From Octopus vulgaris (taxonomy: Eukaryota): a stretch of 64,000 nt of DNA. A model generated the notes under the pieces. The model had not been told where the DNA came from. It saw only the letters and a list, made by a program, of their open reading frames with translations, and searched no databases. The translations under genes and the position numbers were made by a program. The stretch is taken from NCBI GenBank assembly GCA_951406725.2, contig OX597816.1:171492001-171556000 (forward strand), read 5' to 3'. Position 1 is the first letter of the stretch. Each line of letters starts with the position of its first letter. Positions 15,316 to 25,691 of this stretch are shown here, in pieces.

Positions 15316-15328
15316 AATATATATATAT
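13711..15328. repeat. ~1.6-kb compound (TA)n/(TACA)n microsatellite
   Basis: Seen directly. Source of the spurious 337-570 aa YI/MYV/CI ORFs. Confidence 0.97.
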
Positions 15329-15805
15329 TTAAAAATTAAAAGATGGAATGCTGAATTAATATACGATTAGAAATGTATTTTCTTTCGATTATGCTGCATA
15401 TTTATAGATAAACAAACAAACTTCTGAATCAGTCAATTTTTTTCCGAAAATATTAAATGCTTCACGTTTTGTTTACATAGAATTGTTTGATAATTTCAAT
15501 TGGAGCATCGACTTATATTATTCTTTCTTTTCGGGGGTTTTTTACTGAAATACCTGAGAAACGATGTACATTTTTGCCATCATAAATTTCGTTGGTTAAA
15601 GAATAAAGAATAAAGAGACCGAAGAGACGGGGTTTGCGATGAAAAAGTGGGGAAAAAAACAAATGACAAGGACCTGAGTCAGAGAGAAAAAGGCGTGAGA
15701 AGACGAAAAAAACGGTAGAGACGGAGCGGATTACCGGTCGACTGATGGGGAATTTCTCTTTATAGGAACATCAGAGGATGAAAAAAAATGTTTGGATTTG
15801 TATTT

Positions 15806-16060
15806 ACTTACCTATGTCTACAGCTTCTAAAGAAATTCCATCGATAACGATACACAACAAAGAATATATCCGGGAAAATATAAATCGTCTGTTAACCGTC
15901 GCACCTTCCACACAACATGGCGGTGCTCCATTGCCTCAGTTGCTGGAAGAGTACAATACAAAGGGACACAACTTCGGCTGCGGCGGAGGGGGAGGGGAGG
16001 ATCATCCTTTGAAGCAAATTCTTCTTCTTCTTCGGATTCATTCTTAGCCGAATGTACCGT
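15806..16060 (-). promoter_or_regulatory. Candidate promoter and non-coding first exon of an unidentified minus-strand gene
   Basis: CpG-rich unique segment, YY1-type motif CAACATGGCGG at 15913-15923, consensus minus-strand donor AG|GTAAGT with exon end at 15812. Both ATGs near the YY1 motif hit stops before the donor. Confidence 0.45.
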
Positions 16061-16276
16061 TCTAACATAATCTCGAAGTGTTTATTTAGCAATTCGAACC
16101 CTGCAACTCTTCATTTGAAGCCACTCAATTTTATTTTACTTCTGTAACTTTTTTTTCTTTATGTTACGGAAGAATATATATATTAAAGACTGTCGCCTTT
16201 GTTTCTTTAATTAACTCTGCTGCTATCAACACCAGGTCAAGATTTTAAACAAATTGATTATGGTAATATTTATGTT

Positions 16277-16506
16277 GGCGGCGAGCTGGCAGAACCATTA
16301 TCACACCGGGCGAAATGCTTTGGGGTATTTCGTATGCCGTTACGTTCTGAGTTCAAATTCCGCCGAGGTCTACTTTGCCTTTCATCCTTTCGGGGGTCGA
16401 TAAATTAAGTACCAGTTACGCACTGGGGTCGATGTAATCGACTTAATCAGTTAGTCGGTCCTTGTTTGTCCTCTGTGTTTAGCCCCTTGTGGGTAGTAAA
16501 GAAATA
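16277..16506 (+). mobile_element. tRNA-derived SINE with Meta-domain-like body
   Basis: GGCGGCGAGCTGGCAGAA head, GAGTTCAAATTCC B-box, GCCTTTCATCCTTTCGGGGGTCGATAAATTAAGTACCAG body. 15-bp TSD GGTAATATTTATGTT at 16262-16276 and 16507-16521. Confidence 0.88.
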
Positions 16507-16550
16507 GGTAATATTTATGTTGGTTGTGATAAAATATTATTTCTAGTTAA

Positions 16551-16930
16551 ATAAATGGAAGCACTCCGTCGGTTACGACGATGAGGGTTCCGGTTGATCC
16601 GAATCAATGGAACAGCCTGCTCGTGAAATTAACGTGTAAGTGGCTGAGCACACCACAAACACGTGCACCCTTAACGTAGTTCTCGGGGATATTCAGCGTG
16701 ACACAGAGAGTGACAAGGCCGGCCCTTTGAAATACAGGTACAGCAGAAACAGGAAGTAAGAGTGAGGGAGAAAGTTGTGGTGAAAGAGTACAGCAGGGAT
16801 CACCACCATCCCCTGCCGGAGCCTCGTGGAGCTTTAGGTGTTTTAGCTCAATAAACACTCACAAACGCCCGGTCTGGGAATCGAAACCGCGAGTCCGCTG
16901 CCCCTAACCACTGGGCCATTGCGCCTCCAC
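16551..16930 (-). mobile_element. tRNA-derived SINE (OR-like)
   Basis: Homologous to 4107-4499. 14-bp TSD TTATTTCTAGTTAA. Confidence 0.9.
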
Positions 16931-17039
16931 TTATTTCTAGTTAAGGAATAGTAAAGCTCATAGTGTAGTAATTTACTGTTAATAGACAAAGAGGAATCCT
17001 TGTTTTCAGCCAGCTTCGGATGGTTTGATTCAGAATATA

Positions 17040-17273
17040 TATTTCTTTACTACCCACAAGGGGCTAAACATAGAGGGGACAAACAAGGACAGACAAAGGG
17101 ATTAAGTCGATTACATAGACCCCCAGTGCAAAACTGGTACTTTATTTATCGACCCAGAAAGGATGAAAGGCAAAGTCGACCTCGGCGGAATTTGAACTCA
17201 GAACGTAACGGCAGACGAAATACGGCTACGCATTTCGCCCGGCGTGCTAACGTTTCTGCCAGCTCGCCTATAA
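17040..17273 (-). mobile_element. Meta-like SINE
   Basis: Inverted homologue of 16277-16506. TSD TTGATTCAGAATATA. Confidence 0.88.
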
Positions 17274-17799
17274 TTGATTCAGAATATACTTCAGATAAAA
17301 ATGCGAGAACGTTACTTCTCAATTTCTAAAACACCGATATAATCCTATCAGTCATATTGATTTCAAATTTTGGCACGAGGCCAGAAAGTTAGGGAGTAGG
17401 AGCTAGTCGATTACATCGATATAAGTGGTCAACTGGTGCTTATTTTATCGACCCCCCGAAAGGGTGAAAGTCAACGTCGGCGAAATTTGAACTCAGAACG
17501 TGAACATGGACGAAATGCCGCTAACTATTTTGCCCAGCATGCTAACGATTTTGCCAGCTCATCACGTTAATCCCATAAATCATATTGACCAAGCTTGTAA
17601 TTCAACTTTTCACAAAATATACTGTGGCGATATGGCCAGTTACAGTTGCTCTGGACAGTTTAAGGACCCAAACAAAGGATCATGAGACTTAACCTTATTT
17701 GTAACTGCATATACTTGTAGCAATCTCAATGCATTAATTAATGATTTCAAATTTTGGCACAAGACCACAAATTTCAGTGGAGCTGCTAAATCGATTACA

Positions 17800-18218
17800 G
17801 GATCTTTTCGGTTTGAACGGCAGTTTTTAACATAATTTCTAGGTAACTAAAAAATTTTAAACTTCGTATACTGGTAGAATGTGTTTATAAAACATCTTTT
17901 TCTCTTGGCTTTATTGAGAAAATTCTATAGTTTGTAAGATATTTGTTGTTTTTTTCTTCAATTTCTGCAATTTCAACCAATCACTGACGTCCATTGAGGT
18001 AAAAACATTCTGTGCCATATGAATATGTCCTTCGTTTAAGAAACAGATTGGGTTTATTTACATTTCTGAAGAAAAAAATATACTCTTCCCTCTAACCCTA
18101 ACTAACCCTAACCATAAAACAGATTGAAATGCAATAGATCGATACTAGGGTCATAATTATGGGTGACAATTTCATATGACACCGCTAGAAAAAACTGCCG
18201 TTCAAACCGAAAAGATCC
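17800..18218. mobile_element. Merlin-like MITE inserted in an older Meta-like SINE (~17745-18361)
   Basis: Same TIRs as 9166-9586. Flanks CGATTACA and CAAATACA. SINE sequence resumes after the MITE. Confidence 0.85.
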
Positions 18219-18563
18219 CAAATACATCGACTCCAGTGTTTAGCTAGTACTTATTTTATCGACTCCCTAAAGATGAAAGGCAAAGTTGACCCCTGCGGAA
18301 TTTGAACTCGGAACGGAAAGACAGACGAAAGGCAGCTAACGATTCTGTCTGCTCGCCGCCTTTAATTGATTAATAAAATACATTGTTTAACCCCTTTTTA
18401 CTTCTGATCCAGCGGACATATAACCAACGGCTTTCCAGCATAATCATCCTGTCTTTTCTCATCTCATTTGTCCTTTCATTTTTTTAGGCAGTAACTATAA
18501 TTCAAGGAAGATTTAATTGCTGTTCTCACATTGGGGCTACCATCTCGTGATATTACACAAAAA

Positions 18564-18983
18564 GGATCTTTTCAGTTTGAACGGCAGTTTTTAACATAAT
18601 TTCTAGGTAACTAAAAAATTTTAAACTTCGTCTACTGGTAGAATGTGTTTATAAAACATCTTTTTCTCTTGGCTTTATTGAGAAAATTCTATAGTTTGTA
18701 AGATATTTGTTGTTTTTTTTTCTTCAATTTCTGCAATTTCAACCAATCACTGACATCCATTGAGGTAAAAAACATTCTGTGCTGTATGAATATGTCCCTC
18801 GTTTAGGAAACATATTGGGTTTATTTACATTTGTGAATTAAAAAACATACCCTTTCCCCCACCCCTAACTCTAACCCTAACCCTAAAACAGATTGAAATG
18901 CAATAGATCGATACTAGGGTCATAATTATGGGTGACAATTTCATATGACACAGAAAAAACTGCCGTTCAAACCGAAAAGATAC
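18564..18983. mobile_element. Merlin-like MITE
   Basis: Same family. Perfect 8-bp TSD CACAAAAA at 18556-18563 and 18984-18991. Confidence 0.87.
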
Positions 18984-20944
18984 CACAAAAACATAAGACA
19001 CTTTTCTGTTAGTTTTAGAGAATAGATTACTATGTTTGGGTGAAATAAATTTTATCACTGCAATCATCAAAGCTAGATTATTTACATTGCCTTGAATTAT
19101 ACAATGCACAAACCTACTCTTGCTTAGATAAAGTAAAGTCATTTCATTTGGAAATCAGAAATGTTCACAGACATCAAGTTACTTGAGCAGTTGGAGAACA
19201 GAAACTATACAAAAGTAGGAACGAAGATAAAAATGAAATACTTATCTGTTTTAGATTGCAATTTGTGATCAATTGCATTGTTTGTTATAGATTATCAATG
19301 GGCCAACCACTGGTTCACTATATTCCTGATAATGAAAATGAAATGCCAATAGCTTGAGGTACATCAGTGATTTTTGTAAGTAAAGCATTGATTTTTTTTC
19401 TGTTAACGTTTTTGTTTTTTGCCAATATACAATAGTGAAAGTATGCACACACACACACAATAGGCTTCCATACAGTTTCTGTTTATCAAATTCCATTCAA
19501 AAGGTATTTGTCAGCCCAAGTCACAGTAGAAGACATTTGCATAGGTACTGTGCAGGGGGATCAAATGCAAAACCGTGTAATTCTGAAGTAAACTTCTTAA
19601 GTCACAGCCATGATTTGTGTGCAGAGCCTTGATTGGCCTATCACATCACCTTACTATTATTGAGAATATAAATCAATTTATCCCATCTGTTTCAGCCAAA
19701 ATTCCAACATTGTATCGAAAGCAATTGTATGATTTGTTTCTAGCTCATTGGCTTTCCTCTGAAATATAAAGAGCACCAAGTAAAAGTTAATGAGAAAGTT
19801 TCTTGTTCAAATGGAATTTCTGCAAAAATAAAGTAAATTTGCCTGTGAAATAGGTGTTCTCTTAACTAATAAGCCAATTAGATATGAAACTCCACATGTT
19901 TAAATTAACGCTGCAACAGAACTGTTCCCCTGGTGGAACAATGGTTTTTCTCTGACAGCAATTTTACATTTTTCTGATGCCTTTAGCTAGGCCCGAAATA
20001 ATGTTTTCACCACTTGATCCTTTCTAACCTCTTCTACTTCACCAAAAAAATACAGATAACAAGACCACCAACTAAATCTATTGTTCTCAATGATATATCT
20101 ATCCTTCTGGATTTTTATATAAGCAAGCACACCCCAAACAAAAGTCAGTTCGTCACAGTCGTGACGACTCAATGGAGTTAGTCACCTTCGTGACAAACTC
20201 GTGAGTTGAGAGAGAGCTAACATCAGTTGGTGAACCGACCACTAGAATTATGGAAGCAGGCAGATAACACGGCCAGAGGGAAAAGGAAGACAATGCCCCA
20301 CACTCTCTCACTCTCACTAGCTCCAATTCTGTTCTCTTACAACATCATTCTATCTCTATCTGTAATTACTACTAAACAATGAAGAGAACACAAACTGTAC
20401 TTTGCATGCTTTTGGATGTATCAAAACCTGCCCAGCGAGGCAATGTATTTGTAACGTAATGGTAAATAAATATTTCCTTAAAACTTCATGCATTGTTAAT
20501 CTTTTATCGTCACAACTGCTGATTATGACAAATCATAATAATATTGTGTACCAAATCAATTAAATCTGTTACATGTGCAAGAAATCAAACTAGATCAGGG
20601 GTAACCTCTACTTTATGGTTCTCACTATCATTTCTTTTTCCATGTTAGTTCCATCAATGAAAGACAGCAGAAGTAATTCTTGTTAATAAAATTCATGATA
20701 AAATTCATTTACCTAAAAATTATTCTAAATCAATATTTTTCAACCTTTTGATCCTATTCCCCACTTTGATTTTCCCCAAGAAAACATGAACCTCATCATG
20801 AATGAAGTTGATATATAACACACACATATACAAACAGTCTTCAGCTAAATATGATGATTTATATATTTTAAGGAACAGCATAATGCATTGGTGAACAGCT
20901 AGTGCTGTTGATGAGCCTAGAGATTAAAGCTGTAGTTGAGAAAA

Positions 20945-21600
20945 AGATAGTTGACATGGAGGACTGGAAGCCATCTTAATATTGGAAAACAGTTACTTGT
21001 AATCATTCACACCAGGTATCAAATTACTAATGTCATGACTGCTATTCAATGCTTTGTGAACACTATGAAGGCTGTAAAACATGACATGGACAGCTGCAAT
21101 GGAGACTACAAAGTCATGACCAGCAGGAAAGGACACAGCTGGCATTCTCTGACTGAGTCTGTCTGCCAGAATTCATCTCCACGTCTTTGAACTGGGTCTT
21201 GGGCTCAATATAGACATTTATGTGAAACAGCTGGAGATTGTAGTCAACCCCTGGATGGAGAAGGTTACTACTAGAAAGCCAGGTGTGTGACAGCAGGATT
21301 TGGCTCCTTGCATACCTCCAGAAAGAGAAATATTTGTCAGAGAATTTCTACAATTTCACTGCCCCAATTTCTGGCCTTCTAATTCCTTTCATTGTAATCC
21401 CATTGAATACTATGTGTGAAATACGGTTGAAAAAGACACCAACCACTCTGCCTGCAACACCAAGGCTGAGCTGGTGACCAAAATGAAGTAGGTGTTTGAA
21501 TATCTTCCCAGGGACACAGTGACGAATGCATGTCCCTTGTTCCAGAACTGTCTTGGGGTTATGGTTGGAGCTGAGGGTAGCTACTTTGTGTAAAATGCTA
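20945..21600 (+). mobile_element. Degenerate Tc1/mariner (DD37D/maT-like) transposase relic
   Basis: Broken frames read PWMEKV...QQDLAP...ENFYNFTAPNFWPSNS..CNPIEYYV..VEKDTN...NAC..F...GAEGSYF, matching QQDxAP and WPxxSPDLNPLDY motifs. Confidence 0.65.
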
Positions 21601-22719
21601 TCTCCCAGCCATAATCTAGTTAATAGTTTTTGATTTTTTTAAAATTCGTTTAGTTTTGGATGGAATATTGAGTTTTCTTTCTCTTTTATACAAACTGTCA
21701 AATTTAGCTTGAACAGTATTAAAATAAGTGTTAATTAAACCTTTATTGCAAGTCTTATTCACTTGTTGCTTGCTTTTTGCCCCATTCTGAAGTAATCCAC
21801 GCTTCACCAAAATATTACCATGCCCTACTAGTGGAGTGTGTTTCCCTTCAGAAACACTATTCTAAATAAATTTTTGCATTTTCATCTAGTGCTGTTGAAC
21901 TTGAATGACTATTAATAGACATGCTGAAGAAATCTCACAACCTCAAATTCTCTTCTAATAAATGCAATTTGAGGCAAAGGTGTTGCTGTGTGGTTTTTGA
22001 TTCCATTCATTGTATAGAGCTTTGGGAAAGTGTTTTCTATTTCCTCAGTGCTTTGCAAATAAAATTTGATGGACATAAACTGTACAGAAGTCCATTATGT
22101 GTGTGTATGCGTGCGCATGTGCAAGTATTTCCATATCTTTTCATACTGACTTCATTTAATCAACATGTCCTATTCAGCAAGTTCATTAGTTTTTGTGCAA
22201 AGACCAGTGAAATAAAGTACCTTACCTAGAAAACAAGTAAGAGCTGGTGACAGGAAGGGCATCTGGCTGTAGAATACTACCTCAATGGGTCTCATCCAAC
22301 CCATGCCAGCATGAAAAATGTGGACATAAAACTGAAATGATAATGATCTCAATATAGACCATTAATACTATGTGTAGGATAAGGTGAACCATTCATATAC
22401 ATGTAGAATAAGGTAGCATGCTGGGCAAAATGCTTTACAGTTTTCACATTCTGAGTTCAAATTCCACTGAGATTAACTTTATCTTTCATCCTTTCAGGGT
22501 TGATATAAAATAAGCACCGGTTGAGCATTAGGGTCGATGTAACTGACTTAGCCCTCCCCTGAAATTGCTGGCCTTGTGCCAAAATTTGAAAGCAATATAG
22601 GATGCTATATTAGTTCTTCCTTTAAAGAATGGATGAAGTCTCACCAGAAGTGAGACTTTGGTCATTGATTTTTGTGACATGCATGAACATTGTGCTTAGA
22701 TTCTTTTGTTTTTTATTTG

Positions 22720-23095
22720 TTTCGGTCATTAGACTGTGGCCATGCTGGAGCACTGCCTTGAAGAATTTTAGTTGAACTAATTGACCCCAGTACATGTTTC
22801 CTTTTAAACCTTGGTACTTATTCTGTTGGTCTCTTTTGCCAAACCACTAAGTTACAGGAATCTAAACATACCAACACTGGTTGTCAAGCAGTGGTGTGAG
22901 ACAAACAAAGACACACACTTATACACACACACACATATACAACAGGCTTCTTTCAGTTTCCCTCTACCAAATCCACTCACAAGGCTTTGGTCGGCCTGAG
23001 GCTAAAGTAAAAGAGACTTGCCCTAGGTGCCATATAATGGGAGTGAACCCAAGACCATGTGGTTGGGAAGCAAACCTCTTACCATACAACCATGA
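22720..23095 (-). mobile_element. Diverged OK-like SINE
   Basis: Reverse homologue of 8295-8700. Confidence 0.75.
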
Positions 23096-23384
23096 CCATT
23101 GTTAAAACTTCATAGCTTACTCAAAAATAAATAGGTTGTGGTGCTGACAAATGTTATTAAAAGAAGGTCTATTCTAAGAATGACACTCCAATATTTCACT
23201 TGATAGTGGAGAGCACAGTGTTTCTGGAAGCTTTGGAAAAAATGTGGGGAGAAAGGAACAATATTGGTCAATAAGAAAAGTTAGACATCAGGTGTATATG
23301 GCAAGGAGAGAAGCTAAAAGCAATGGAAGATCAGAGATGAGAGGTGTTCTGGATTGCAAGACATCATCAAGGAAATGAGAAAAA

Positions 23385-23837
23385 GTGGCACTTAAAGGGC
23401 ACTATTCGAGCGTGATCGTTACCAGCATCGCCTTACTGGCACTTGTGCCCATGCTAGTAGGGTGCCAAGAGCACCATCCAAGCGTGATCGTTGCCAGAGC
23501 AGCCAACTAGCTTCCGTGCCGATGGCACGTAAAAGGGCACCATTCGAGCGTGATCGTTACCAGCATCACCTTACTGGCACCTGTGCTGGTGGCATATGTA
23601 AAAGGATTCAAGCGAGGTCGTTGCCAATACCGCCTGACTGGCCTCCATGCCAGTGGCACGTAAAAAGCACCCACTACACTCTTGGAGTGGTTGGCGTTAG
23701 GAAGGGCATCCAGCTGTAGAAACTCTGCCAGATCGAGACTGGAGCCTGGTGCAGCCATCTGGTTTGCCAGCCCTCAGTCAAAATCGTCCAACCCATGCTA
23801 GCATGGAAAGTGGATGTTAAACGATGATGATGATGAT
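23385..23837 (+). mobile_element. 5'-truncated RTE 3' UTR, variant subfamily
   Basis: Variant tandem units (GGCACC/TATTCGAGCGTGATCGTTACCAG), same distal part and (GAT)n tail. Confidence 0.78.
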
Positions 23838-24788
23838 CTGAACTGTTGATTCAAGTTATGAAAGTAATAGAAAGAATTCTAGCACAATTAGTTAGGAAGA
23901 GAATCAGCTTAGAAGAACAACAAGGTAAGTACTTAGTAAAGAACAAACCTCTACACCTGAGACATTGAGCTGAAGAAGGCTATTGACAGGGTATCTCTCT
24001 CTTTGTAAGCCAGGTTGGTAAAATAACTTAGATGCATCTGAATGGCTTGTGAGAACTATACAAGTCATATACAAAGGTACCATCAACAAGATGAAAGACA
24101 GCAAAGATTTCATTGAGGCATTTAGCTTGCAGGTAGGTGTTCATCAGACCTCACTTCTCAGCCCCCTCCTCTAACAGGTATTTTATACTAACTATGGAAA
24201 CGTTTTGTATGCTGATGGCCTACTTCTCTTCAGTGAATCTGTTGAATTAGAGAAGCAATTCCAAACATACAGCAGTGCCTAGCATCAAAATGGCTCAAAG
24301 TAAACCTAACAAAAAATTTTAGTTAGCAAAAAAAGATTGGATTCTACTACCATCTATCAGGTGGCCATATTCCATATGTATATGAAAGAAGTAGGGAAAG
24401 AGAACTGTACCGTGTTACAAATATAAACTACGGATGTGCAAAATATGTAATGTGATCACAGAGAGTCTGACGACGAAGAAAGATTTCCTGTGTGGCAGAT
24501 GCACAAGAGTAGTTAGCAATAAGAGCACCCATGAAATAAATTCTTTCAAATACCCAAGAGACTTCCTAGTAGTAGCTTCTGTTACCTAGGTGGCCTAATT
24601 TGCTGTAGAAGGTAGTGTTCCAAGAGACTTCCTAGAAGTAGCTTCTGTTACCTAGGTGGCCTAATTTGCTGTAGAAGGTAGTGTTCTGAAAGCCAAATTC
24701 AATATAGAGTGCAATGCATTCAGAGAGCTATTACTTCTGGTATCGAAAAAAGAAAGAGTCACTCCCTTCAAATGAAGGTGTAATTGTA

Positions 24789-25190
24789 AAAGCAGAATGC
24801 CCTCTTGAGATTAGATGAACTTGTAAGGTGGTCGAGGATGCGATTTAGAGCAAAAAAGTCGCGTAGTCTGACATTTGTTAAGGGAGTGCAGAAAGAATTT
24901 AAGTTTTGAATATCTGAAGAAAGCATTCCAACAGTCAAGGAAGAGCCCGTCAAGAGCTTGGGACGGGTATACGCTGGAACATTGTCAGACAGAAGTCATG
25001 GGATTGAAATTATGATCTAGCAAGCGGGGCCTCATATCAGTGAGTGGGGCCGGTGCGCATTGATGCTGTCGAGAGGTAGGCCCCGAAACGGCGCGCATTC
25101 TCTCCTGATGACCCCATACACTTGCTAGCTTCCGGTATACGGAGCTTTTAACTGGTAGCACTTGCATGTGCAAGTTGTTTGCAAGACATC
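24789..25190 (+). mobile_element. Truncated, internally deleted RLE-type non-LTR retrotransposon (HERO-like): RT fragment plus structured 3' UTR
   Basis: 24790-25020 reads KQNALLRLDELVRWSRMRFRAKKSRSLTFVKGVQKEFKF*ISEESIPTVKEEPVKSLGRVY, matching the W.RM.F..KKSRSL and IPTV.E.PVKSLGR.Y motifs of HERO-type RT C-termini. Possible TTGTA TSD at 24784-24788 and 25191-25195. Confidence 0.75.
25017..25128 (+). ncRNA. Rearranged hammerhead-like structured RNA motif
   Basis: GUC (25068-70), GAAA (25085-88) and CUGAUGA (25105-11), with stem III GCUGU/ACGGC, stem I GAGAG/CUCUC and a closing stem CUAGCAAG/CUUGCUAG. See findings. Confidence 0.55.
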
Positions 25191-25691
25191 TTGTACAAAA
25201 TGTGATATATGGTGTGAAACATGGAGAGTGAATGTGAAAGCTTTTAGAAAAAATACCTATTCTGCTGGATGTCTTATGTTAGGGAGCATGAATGACAGCA
25301 CAAATAAAAAAAAGGAAGAATGAGTATCTGAAAAACCAGATGTACTATGCAACAATGAAAACTGTGCTGATACAGACTTTATGTTACATCTGGAGGATGA
25401 CTGTTTGGTAAAGAAATGTCAAGCAATCCAAGTGGAAAGGAGCTTATGAAGAAGAAGAAGTAGTGGAATCTGATCTCAGAAGCATGCATTTCAGTTGGAA
25501 AATGACAAAGGACTTCGGCAGTACAGACTCCTCCAACCCATTCAAGCATGGAAAAATAAACAAAATGCTATCTGGTAAGATTTGGATTGTCAAATAAATT
25601 CATTAGTTTCTTGCCAATGTTATTTGAATTAACACAAAAAATATCAGTGATTTTTTATAGTTCTTTTTTCATCTACAAGTTTTGTTTATCA

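Larger units (their letters stand above)
23840..25560 (+). mobile_element. Old degenerate RTE LINE (RT to 3' end), interrupted at 24789-25190
   Basis: Fragments VGVHQ, LYADGL, LKVNL, DFLCGRC, CYLGGLI, FRELL, GVKHG. Ends TCCAACCCATTCAAGCATGGAAAA like the other RTE tails. Contains a 66-bp tandem duplication at 24554-24686. Confidence 0.72.

Noticed and set aside
13582-15332. Long ORFs of 337-570 aa
   Set aside because: Translations of the (TA)n/(TACA)n microsatellite. The same applies to YI/CV-rich ORFs at 12.4, 35, 43.3, 47.8, 50.6 and 52.4 kb.
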